Source of the DNA: a virus
Lineage: Duplodnaviria; Caudoviricetes
IMG/VR virus record: IMGVR_UViG_3300012942_000068
Coordinates: 1 to 45,813 of that record
DNA: 45,813 nt
Reading direction: 5' to 3' (one strand)
Made by a program: the position numbers and the translations under genes. Below are positions 7,680-15,688 of this stretch, piece after piece; positions within the stretch are counted from its first letter, which is position 1; every line of letters starts with the position of its first letter. A model generated the notes under the pieces. It was given only the letters and a program-made list of their open reading frames with translations. It had not been told where the DNA came from and ran no database searches.

Positions 7680-9644
7680 TTAAACTCCAGCTCCCGTAGC
7701 ATCCACCCATTGAGTACCGGACCAAGTAATCAACTTTCCATTTCCTGATAAAGTTGTATCCAAATATTGAGTACCAGCCCAACTGGCATCATTAGCAACT
7801 CCCATGGTGGTAGCTGTAGGTCGATTGGTAGAATCTGACTTAAAAATCCCATTTTGACCTGACACTTGCCAAGTTCCAGGAGTTCCTGCAGCAATACATC
7901 TCCAGCCTTTCGGCCCACCAAGAGCAGGAAAAGCCGACTCAAAAGATTTACCACGCTTCCAAGTACCTGCTGTAGGCGCTTGTGTAACACAATCATACAA
8001 AGATCCGGTAGAGCTGGTATTTACAATATAAGGACCAATATCAGTTCTCCAATGAACGCGAGTTGCTTCAACCAAAGTTTGAGCAAAATTCACACAATGC
8101 ACTGTGTTTGAGTTTTCTGTCACTTGATCGGAAGCATAACAGACAAAATCCACCCGATCGATGAATGATTCTTTTTGTACTGTCGTAGGAGCATTACAGA
8201 TAAATCCAACACTTCCTACATTATTTACATCGATGATCTCAACCAGTGAGTTCGACCACCGAAACCCTTTCACAGCAGTCAAATCTGCAAAAGATGACGT
8301 AGAGATCGCAACAGAGGTATCGTAAAGGAATTTTACATCCATTGACCCAATGTCCAGATATTCTACAGTTCCTGCAGTAGAGCTTGGCATCGAAAACAAC
8401 GAACTTCCAGTATATTTACCAGTCACACGACCGATGCTAATTCGACCACACGACACGGAAGTATTACGCACACGCCACAAAAACAATGCAGTATTCCCTG
8501 CACTGTCAGGGCGAACACTCAATTCCCCAATCCTGACATCTCCACAATCTTGGAACCCTACACCAAAAGCAGTTCCAATAATGGTAATTGAATTAACATC
8601 AGCATCACCCTTAAACACAACAGGCTCTTCATTACCTTGATATTCCAAATGACCAAGCCTCAAAATACCAAGCAACTGATAGATACCATTATCAGCCATA
8701 TTTCGGCAAGTAATATTGCCTACGGTCAATGTCACTGCGGCACTAAGAATAAGACCGGATCTGCCATTTTCAAAAACAATCTCTTCAATAATATTTCCAT
8801 CACCATCAACAGTCATGCTTTGCGGATAAGACTCATTAGCATAACCAGTATTCACCATATCTGTAACTTCTACATTACGAATGCGGTTATTGGTCCCAGA
8901 AATATGAATACCGTTGACATTTGCGGCAGCTGAAACCGAAGCTGTGACCCCACCTGAAGTCAAACCTTTAAAAGAATTACCAGAGCCAGTAATGTACAAG
9001 GCGAGAACATCGGTTGAATTGCCCCAAACGTTTACTTCACCATGCTGGAGGTTATTTGCCGTAATTTGAAGCAGGGTTCCATTTGGGGCCCCTGTGTAGT
9101 TGAGCTTTGCGTTCGGGGAAAAATCCAAGGCACAAGCGGCAGTCAACCCTCCAATGCTGTTGTAATTGCCGTCAGGATGAGTAATCAATGCCCCAACTGA
9201 AGCCCCCCAAGTGTAAGCGTTTTGTAGGGCTGTAGTGTTATCGACGGTTTCAGAATCTCTAGCCCCGAACTGCCGTACAGATACAACCCCCATATGTTGA
9301 AGTTTCCAACGTCCGCCATCTACACCTACAATGATAGAACCGCCATTGTCTGCGGACACTAAATCCGTAGGATCAAGCTGATAATGCCCCTCACCACCAT
9401 CCCCCACAACGCTATTAGCAGTCAGAAAAGCCAAAGAATTGGTCAATTTTGACACAAGTCGCAGAGTAGCAACATTCGGCAAAACCAGTTCCAAGGGCAA
9501 TGCCCCCACCAATTGCTGAACATCGGTAGGGGCAATCTGCGACGTCCCGCCAAATAAACCATAAATTACAGTCGAAACATCATTCAGCCATTTTGCAGTA
9601 ATCGGGGTTTCAGGACTGTAATCGATAAACACGGGTTTTGCCAT
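7680..9644 (-). CDS. tail fibre/tailspike with probable beta-helix depolymerase-like domain
   Basis: DNGGSIIV..DGGRWK and VRQFGA...DNT.ALQNA motifs; Asn/Gly/Ile/Thr-rich beta repeats; GWRCIAAGTPGTW C-terminal motif. Confidence 0.88.
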   Translation of the reverse strand: MAKPVFIDYSPETPITAKWLNDVSTVIYGLFGGTSQIAPTDVQQLVGALPLELVLPNVATLRLVSKLTNSLAFLTANSVVGDGGEGHYQLDPTDLVSADNGGSIIVGVDGGRWKLQHMGVVSVRQFGARDSETVDNTTALQNAYTWGASVGALITHPDGNYNSIGGLTAACALDFSPNAKLNYTGAPNGTLLQITANNLQHGEVNVWGNSTDVLALYITGSGNSFKGLTSGGVTASVSAAANVNGIHISGTNNRIRNVEVTDMVNTGYANESYPQSMTVDGDGNIIEEIVFENGRSGLILSAAVTLTVGNITCRNMADNGIYQLLGILRLGHLEYQGNEEPVVFKGDADVNSITIIGTAFGVGFQDCGDVRIGELSVRPDSAGNTALFLWRVRNTSVSCGRISIGRVTGKYTGSSLFSMPSSTAGTVEYLDIGSMDVKFLYDTSVAISTSSFADLTAVKGFRWSNSLVEIIDVNNVGSVGFICNAPTTVQKESFIDRVDFVCYASDQVTENSNTVHCVNFAQTLVEATRVHWRTDIGPYIVNTSSTGSLYDCVTQAPTAGTWKRGKSFESAFPALGGPKGWRCIAAGTPGTWQVSGQNGIFKSDSTNRPTATTMGVANDASWAGTQYLDTTLSGNGKLITWSGTQWVDATGAGV

Positions 9645-9659
9645 TTTACACCTCTGAAA

Positions 9660-10166
9660 TTAGATAATACCAATCTCTGTATCAATAGGAGACCGACTGG
9701 GAAGATTCACATTATTTGGAATAAGGGGATGATCCCCAAACTCCAAATTATTGTAAGAAGGTATAGAGCATCCCGGAACAGAAAATCCCGGAAGACAGAT
9801 AGTTCCCTGCAAAGTGCAGTTCGGTCGGCCGGCCCCCGGATCTGAAGGAAGGAAAGCATCGTTAAACAGAGAGGGAATGCTGCATCCAGGAACTGCCCAA
9901 CTAGGGATACTGTTTTTACCGCGAAGAGTGCAGTGAGACGGAACTGGAACCCAATTTTCTGGTTCTTTTTCAGGACGTGACCAAGGAACATGCTGGTCGT
10001 CCTTCACACCCCGGAGAAAGTCCTGCGGGTTACGAATTTCTTTGTGATGCTTGCAAACGTAGAGCCCATTCCAAGTGAACATCGCGTCGGAGGATTTGTT
10101 CTTCGCCCCGCACAAGTCGCAGAAAAAATTCCACTCACCGGAGCGGAAGTAGTCAGCCTTTCCCAT
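9660..10166 (-). CDS. tail-region protein with CxxC zinc motif and two Cys/Pro repeats
   Basis: WNFFCDLCG...VCKHH.EIRNPQDF; GGAGG SD. Confidence 0.75.
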   Translation of the reverse strand: MGKADYFRSGEWNFFCDLCGAKNKSSDAMFTWNGLYVCKHHKEIRNPQDFLRGVKDDQHVPWSRPEKEPENWVPVPSHCTLRGKNSIPSWAVPGCSIPSLFNDAFLPSDPGAGRPNCTLQGTICLPGFSVPGCSIPSYNNLEFGDHPLIPNNVNLPSRSPIDTEIGII

Positions 10167-10170
10167 CGAG

Positions 10171-10210
10171 TTTTCCTCCGTGATTAATACGGATTAATCG
10201 CGGTAAATAA
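10171..10210. repeat. 40-bp palindromic element, copy 3
   Basis: TTTTCCTCCGTGATTAAT-ACGG-ATTAATCGCGGTAAATAA. Confidence 0.95.
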
Positions 10211-10213
10211 TCC

Positions 10214-10675
10214 CTAAACGTCAGTGCCCGCGCAATCAATCCATCCCGTAGTGGAAGGGCTGTAGGAAATGATCGGCCTAACCGGAGACAAGCTAGTATC
10301 CAAATACCACGTACCGTTGGCAGCCCCCACCGGCCTTCCCGAAGTAGGTCCTACAGCTACGATCGGCGGAGGAAATGCAATAGCTACATTCAGTACAGAA
10401 TCCAGCCGACCTTTCGCATCAACGGTCAATTGCGGAACTACAGTTGCAGAACCGTAAGTCCCCGCAGCCACCCCCGTATCTGAAAGGTTCAGAGATAGCA
10501 TCTCGGAATCAGAATCAAATGTGCCGTTGATATCCCCGCCAGTACTGACAGTCAGACCCAACAGAGAATTAGTCACTCGACTGTACAGCTGCTGAAGCCA
10601 CCTAGGAAACCCCGGACTTGTCGCGGTCAGCCCCGTCGGAGGCGGCACATAAGAAGGAGTGTTCTTGTTAGCCAT
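10214..10675 (-). CDS. minor tail/fibre-like structural protein
   Basis: GVAAGTYGSAT.VP.LTVDAKGRL fibre repeat; C-terminus resembles the tail fibre C-terminus. Confidence 0.75.
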   Translation of the reverse strand: MANKNTPSYVPPPTGLTATSPGFPRWLQQLYSRVTNSLLGLTVSTGGDINGTFDSDSEMLSLNLSDTGVAAGTYGSATVVPQLTVDAKGRLDSVLNVAIAFPPPIVAVGPTSGRPVGAANGTWYLDTSLSPVRPIISYSPSTTGWIDCAGTDV

Positions 10676-11481
10676 TAGAACACCCAGCTAGTACAGTAGC
10701 CATACTTCTGAAGTCCCGGCAGCTGATCCTTCAGTCGGTCCCCAATATCCGTTCGATACATCGCAGAATTCGGAATCTCCAGCCGCTCCACATTCCTATA
10801 AGCACGGCTCTTCGCCTGCTCAACACTCTTGCCAGTCCCCGTCACAACACAGAGACAATTCCCTGCAGAAACCATCATCGGCTCGTCCTGCCCCTTCTCA
10901 TTGATGCCCTTTCCGAGCTTCATATTGAAGGGGTGGATATTGTAGCGATTGGCATCGTCAATTCCCCAGATAGGAAAGCCCGAAAGCTCTTCTTCCTTCA
11001 GATGGTGCCCCGGAAAATCCGGCATAGCAACTACAACCCCAAGAGCAATGTCCGGCTTCGGAGAGAACGTGTCATAACCTTCCAGTGCGTCCTTCATCCA
11101 TCCTGCTACATCAGGATGCAACACTTGCTGAATATTGAACAACGGCCAGCCGTGCCGTGAGGTGAACTCCAGTGGATTGAGCTTCCCCTTCCGCTGCCCT
11201 TCAGTTCCCATCATCACAGCCACGTCAATATACCCTGTATAGCCGCATCGAATGAGTTCAGCTTCAATTGGGAGCAGCAACTCCTGTGCGAGCTTCGATT
11301 GCTCTACGGTGACATACTTCATCACCGTTCCCATCTCCCCCGTATTTGGCCCCTTCTCCCCATTCATCAATTTCTTGAATTCGAAATTCTCCAGAAAGTG
11401 TGACAGGAACCCGTTTCGGCCGACCCATCCCCCGACAGCTACTTCAATCCCAGGGCAAAACTCCTGAAAGATAAGGGGCAC
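10675..11481 (-). CDS. PurD (phosphoribosylamine-glycine ligase)-like ATP-grasp protein, C-terminal part
   Basis: QEF..G.E, EFKKLMNGEKGPNTGEMG (GARS G.NTG.MG), LEFTSRHG.P, YRTDIG C-terminal signature. Confidence 0.85.
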   Translation of the reverse strand: MPLIFQEFCPGIEVAVGGWVGRNGFLSHFLENFEFKKLMNGEKGPNTGEMGTVMKYVTVEQSKLAQELLLPIEAELIRCGYTGYIDVAVMMGTEGQRKGKLNPLEFTSRHGWPLFNIQQVLHPDVAGWMKDALEGYDTFSPKPDIALGVVVAMPDFPGHHLKEEELSGFPIWGIDDANRYNIHPFNMKLGKGINEKGQDEPMMVSAGNCLCVVTGTGKSVEQAKSRAYRNVERLEIPNSAMYRTDIGDRLKDQLPGLQKYGYCTSWVF

Positions 11482-11999
11482 GGCTTTTTAATGGTCCGCT
11501 TCCAGTGCTGAAGCATGAACACCATGTCCTTTCCACTCTTTGAAACGTAGCTGAGGGCCTTGTCCACATCACTGCAGGGTTTGCAAACATACCGCACATC
11601 CCAATTCGCAATCTGATGAGCAATTGCCTCATCGTAATTCTTGAACCTTATTGTCGGGAGGCATTCAATTCCATGTTGCTGCAGTACTTCCTGCCCCCGA
11701 TCCCGATCCATTTCCCAGGAAGTGCCTTCCAAGTTGGCACTGAAAATCGGAAAACCACGGTTGCGGTAGCCTTCCAGCACCTTCATATACCGGCAATTAT
11801 CAGAAACAAGGATCAGATCAGCCCAATTCATTGAAGGCTTCCAATCCGCGACTTTGTGAACCAGCCCATCCCCAATCGTCACGCGATGGAAGTCTGTTTC
11901 ATCCGGCGCGACCCACACCCGGACTTCATGGCCCTGAGCCTCGCAGCGCATAGCGAAGTCTACGAAGAATGCGGAAGTGTCGATAAGAAGAATCTTCAA
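11439..11999 (-). CDS. PurD-like ATP-grasp protein, N-terminal part (frameshifted relative to the C-terminal part)
   Basis: TTG start MKILLID; WEMDRDRGQEVLQQHGI..PT..F..Y.EA; YVCKP; overlaps the downstream part in the -1 frame. Confidence 0.8.
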   Translation of the reverse strand: MKILLIDTSAFFVDFAMRCEAQGHEVRVWVAPDETDFHRVTIGDGLVHKVADWKPSMNWADLILVSDNCRYMKVLEGYRNRGFPIFSANLEGTSWEMDRDRGQEVLQQHGIECLPTIRFKNYDEAIAHQIANWDVRYVCKPCSDVDKALSYVSKSGKDMVFMLQHWKRTIKKPCPLSFRSFALGLK

Positions 12000-12202
12000 C
12001 GGGCACGCTCTTATAAAGGATCCGCCGGTAGGCGGGGTCAAACACTCCGCTGTTCACAGCTGCAGCCGCAGCTTCTTCAGTACTAGCTACGGCCCAATTT
12101 GCAGCCCCTTCTTATAAGGACCGCGCGGCAGAGTTTGACTGTTAATTGATAGCTGCAGCTTACGTGCGCGCGCGAGGGGCGGCAACAGAGTCGCGCGGGG
12201 GA

Positions 12203-12242
12203 TTATTTACCGGGAGTAATCGGGATTAATCGCGGGGGGAAA
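12203..12242. repeat. 40-bp palindromic element, copy 4
   Basis: TTATTTACCGGGAGTAAT-CGGG-ATTAATCGCGGGGGGAAA. Confidence 0.9.
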
Positions 12243-12471
12243 TGTAGCTGCATGGTGATGAGACAATGCTATCCGGAAAATTCTCGAAAATGAGCTGCCC
12301 CTCAAATCTGAAAATTGCCCCTAGCTCCGACCACTATAACTGCAGTATATAGAACCTCCCCTCGCCGGGGCAGGAGCTTCAAGGGTAGCACATCGAATCA
12401 CCTCCCGTCAAAGGGTTTGGGCAAGTTTAGGAAAATATCATAGAAGTACTTACTCTGATAAAGTTTTTCTA

Positions 12472-12542
12472 TTAGCTTTTAGCTATTGGGCCGATAGTTT
12501 TCGACTATTGTGATAGCTTTTAACTATCGAAAACTATCGGCC
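12472..12542. promoter_or_regulatory. ATAG-N7-CTAT array overlapping a 16-bp inverted repeat
   Basis: TTAG-N7-CTAT-N7-ATAG-N7-CTAT (12472-12508); third unit at 12513-12527; GGCCGATAGTTTTCGA (12489-12504) / TCGAAAACTATCGGCC (12527-12542). Confidence 0.6.
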
Positions 12543-12545
12543 TAA

Positions 12546-12585
12546 TTTCCTACCGCGATTAATCCAAATTAATCCCGGCGGAAAA
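12546..12585. repeat. 40-bp palindromic element, copy 5 (overlaps the HNH 3' end)
   Basis: TTTCCTACCGCGATTAAT-CCAA-ATTAATCCCGGCGGAAAA. Confidence 0.95.
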
Positions 12586-13050
12586 CTCCTTGTAATACCT
12601 GTTAGACCAATGAGTACCTGCAATAATTTGCGACACTATCGTATCCGATACTCCCAAAAAGATTGAAATATCTTTTTTCGTTTCTCCCGACTCGTACACT
12701 GCTTGTATTATGGGAACCAATCTCCAGTGAATTCGGCATTTAGACCGGCCAAAATGGTAAGGATCTCTAAATCGTTTTCTCATGTCGTCTAAATTGTCTT
12801 TCACCGTACCAATTATTAAGTGCTTTGGGTTGCAGCAGGTGGGTCTGTCGCACTCATGGCGAACAACCAGCCCATAAGGATAAGGTTCCTTCCACAGCAA
12901 ATAAGCTATAGCATGTGCTGATCTCCGCCTACCCTTCAAAATTATAATTCCGTAACCTTTCTTGTCTTTTCCACCTTTCCATAACCAGCACCCACTTTCG
13001 TCAATTGAAACTCTTTTTACAAACTCTCTTTTTGTAATTCCCAGTTCCAT
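12559..13050 (-). CDS. HNH endonuclease with C-terminal HTH
   Basis: CWLWKG..D.KGYG, AH..AY, VRHECDRPTCCNPKHL..GT..DN; AT-rich. Confidence 0.92.
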   Translation of the reverse strand: MELGITKREFVKRVSIDESGCWLWKGGKDKKGYGIIILKGRRRSAHAIAYLLWKEPYPYGLVVRHECDRPTCCNPKHLIIGTVKDNLDDMRKRFRDPYHFGRSKCRIHWRLVPIIQAVYESGETKKDISIFLGVSDTIVSQIIAGTHWSNRYYKEFSAGINLD

Positions 13051-13128
13051 ATTCCACCTATAAAAATAGTTTGAGTCAAACCATATTGATATAAACAGAT
13101 ATGAAATGTATTAAGTTATGCATCCCCT

Positions 13129-13180
13129 AAAACAAATCGGCGAGTGTCGGAGATATCACGTACCCCCGAACACTCGCCGA
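13129..13180 (-). terminator. intrinsic terminator after the ejection protein genes
   Basis: TCGGCGAGTGT (13137-47) / ACACTCGCCGA (13170-80), followed on the minus strand by TTTGTTTT. Confidence 0.75.
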
Positions 13181-13201
13181 CCGCGCCATGCCCCCAGAAT
13201 T

Positions 13202-15670
13202 CTATTGCCCGGTGCCCCCAAAATATCCCGGCCCCGCCGACCCCAACGCTCCGATAATATGGCGCTGTACAAGAGTTAGCCTAGTTTTCCCATTGTATGC
13301 CTTCAGAACAGACTCCACATCAGACTTTAATGCCTCCAGCCTTTGAGGACTGATCATTTTCCCGTCCCTAAGCATCGGCAGAATTCGTTCCGACCATTGC
13401 TGTTGCAGCTGCTTCTCGCTCATGGTTGCAGTCAACTGCCGAACACTCTGCTCTAGGGCTTGCTTTCCCTGTGGAGATTGTGATAAATACCGTGCAGCCA
13501 ATCGAGTCTGTTCTGGTTTGCCATTCATTAACAGATTTCGAATAGCTTCCGGGCCCTCCCCACCAGTCAAAATTCTCTGCAAACCTTCAGGGGCAGCTGC
13601 CAACTGCTTCCTGATGGCCTCTGCATCCTTCTGCCCCTGATCCAGTACTCGTTGTTGTGTTTGCACGCTTCCTTCAGCACTTTTACGAGCCAAACTGCGA
13701 GTATCTTGCAATTCCTGTTGAGATGCAGCCTCCCCACCGACACGAGCAGCTACAGCTTGTTTCTGCATAGCCTCAGCGCTCCGGCCGGCTTTATCCGCTA
13801 CTCGTTCAATTTTAGACAGTTGCTGCTGGTAGCCTTCCACAGATTGCCGAAGTCCTGGAACCTCCCGAATCCAATCACTGTTCTTCTGCAGCCATGACGA
13901 TACTTGCGCACTGTTCATTCCTTGAAGACTGCGCGCGGTGTAATTGTGAGCAGAGTCTTTCACCAGTTGAGGATTCTGCACTAGCTCCTTCAGGTCCTGA
14001 ATGCTCTGCCGCGAACTGAAGAAGTTCTTCGGAATCCCCTGCGGGTCTTGCGCGAACCGTTCTGGATCAATGCGATCAACGGCAGTTGCCTTTCCACCTG
14101 CCCCTACACCAAACTTTTTCACTCCTTGCGAAGCTTCATGATAAGTTTGCTGCAGTTCCCGTTGAATGTTCCGGCCATCTGCAGAATTCCCGACGAAAGC
14201 TTCCTGCACCTTCGAAATGCGATCGTAAAGCTGTGTTGCAACCCCTTTGGTGATTGCATTGTACCCTTCCGCCTCCTTACCGGCCACAACTTCGCCAAGT
14301 TTTCTCCGAACCTGGTCCAAAGCTTCAAAGCTAGTTTTGAAGGTCTGGTAGGATGGTTGACCGTTTTCGTCCATGCCAGTCAGAACACGACGATTGTTAA
14401 TCGCATCCTTCACTGTGTCGTAGGCACGAAGAATCCCCGGCTCTGTGACAGGAGCTAACCCACCAGCTGATTTACGCGCCGCAGCACTGCCGAGAGTTTT
14501 ACTGTTGATGTAGTCTTTGAGGGACTTCATCTCAGGAATTTGATCGAGGGTCTGGCCAGATGCTTCTTTAGCCTGCACGATCTGGTCACGCTCCTGCACA
14601 GCATTTTGATAGGCTGATTGACGGGCATTGAGAGCTTCCTGATGCTTGGCAGCAATCGCATCCCGCATATTCGTACCGATATCAGACAGTTCTTGAGGCT
14701 GTCCGATTCGGTTCAATGCAGGATCAGATTGCTTCAGGATAGCCGTTGCCGTAGCAGTACGCCCGCCGCTGATATCATTCAATTTCTGTGCACGCTGTGC
14801 GGCTTGTGCTCGGATTTGTTGAGCTTGAACTTTGCCGTCCTGGATGATCTTATCGGCTGCAGCAGAATCTTGCTGCGCGATATCACCAGCTTTTTTAACA
14901 GCATCCGAATAGGTTTTATCCCCGGCTTGTTGAGCGGCTTGAAGATCTTTTTCTGCACTTTGCTGTAAAGCAGAATGCAGCAAATGTTGTGGTACACCAG
15001 ATTCTTCAGAACCTCGAAGGACTGTTTTAGCGGCTTGAACTGCTTTTTGAGATTCGTTACCGTCAAAGCCGGATTGAAGAATCTTTCTTATTAAGCCATA
15101 GGCACCATGAATTGTACCTTCGGCGAATTCTGGCACTGCGGGGCCTGCTAAACCGCCGATAAAGCGAGCAGCATCTGCGGTTCCTTTGGAACCATTCAAC
15201 ATTTCAGTAGCTTGACCAGCAACCTCTCCGGAAAATCCTCCGGCTGCCCCATAGGCTGCAGAAGCGATTCTAGCCGCTCTTGCGGCGGCTGCCATACCCC
15301 CAAGAATCGGGGCAGCGACCTCTCCGACTACTGGAATAGGTGCTGCAACAATAGCAGCACCAGTAAGCAGTTCAGGAGCCAAAGCTCCCAAACCCGCGCC
15401 GATCCCAGTTTGAATTCCGATCTCTTTTGCGCGCTGTGCGAGAGTTTTAGGACTCTGGTCATCACCAGACCCGCCATTGGATGACTGTGCGCTTTGCGCG
15501 CTCGCTGCAGTTTCTTTAGATGTATCCATCTGCGGAGCACTGGATGTGCCTGCACCGCCGCCAGCACTCTCCACAGAATGAATATAATCAGCAAGTTGTG
15601 TAGCAGCTGCATGATCCCCGGCAGCGTCAGCGTTACGGAGTGCATCATAATATTGGCTCATATCAGGCAT
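13202..15670 (-). CDS. large internal virion/DNA ejection protein
   Basis: 822 aa, Ala/Gln/Gly-rich helical; ALRNADAAGD..AA.QLA N-terminal motif; third of three ejection-like genes. Confidence 0.75.
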   Translation of the reverse strand: MPDMSQYYDALRNADAAGDHAAATQLADYIHSVESAGGGAGTSSAPQMDTSKETAASAQSAQSSNGGSGDDQSPKTLAQRAKEIGIQTGIGAGLGALAPELLTGAAIVAAPIPVVGEVAAPILGGMAAAARAARIASAAYGAAGGFSGEVAGQATEMLNGSKGTADAARFIGGLAGPAVPEFAEGTIHGAYGLIRKILQSGFDGNESQKAVQAAKTVLRGSEESGVPQHLLHSALQQSAEKDLQAAQQAGDKTYSDAVKKAGDIAQQDSAAADKIIQDGKVQAQQIRAQAAQRAQKLNDISGGRTATATAILKQSDPALNRIGQPQELSDIGTNMRDAIAAKHQEALNARQSAYQNAVQERDQIVQAKEASGQTLDQIPEMKSLKDYINSKTLGSAAARKSAGGLAPVTEPGILRAYDTVKDAINNRRVLTGMDENGQPSYQTFKTSFEALDQVRRKLGEVVAGKEAEGYNAITKGVATQLYDRISKVQEAFVGNSADGRNIQRELQQTYHEASQGVKKFGVGAGGKATAVDRIDPERFAQDPQGIPKNFFSSRQSIQDLKELVQNPQLVKDSAHNYTARSLQGMNSAQVSSWLQKNSDWIREVPGLRQSVEGYQQQLSKIERVADKAGRSAEAMQKQAVAARVGGEAASQQELQDTRSLARKSAEGSVQTQQRVLDQGQKDAEAIRKQLAAAPEGLQRILTGGEGPEAIRNLLMNGKPEQTRLAARYLSQSPQGKQALEQSVRQLTATMSEKQLQQQWSERILPMLRDGKMISPQRLEALKSDVESVLKAYNGKTRLTLVQRHIIGALGSAGPGYFGGTGQ

Positions 15671-15688
15671 GTTAACTCCGCGATTAGA

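Noticed and set aside
10675-11999. PurZ / Z-genome pathway
   Set aside because: The gene is PurD-like, not PurA/PurZ-like; no datZ- or mazZ-like genes seen
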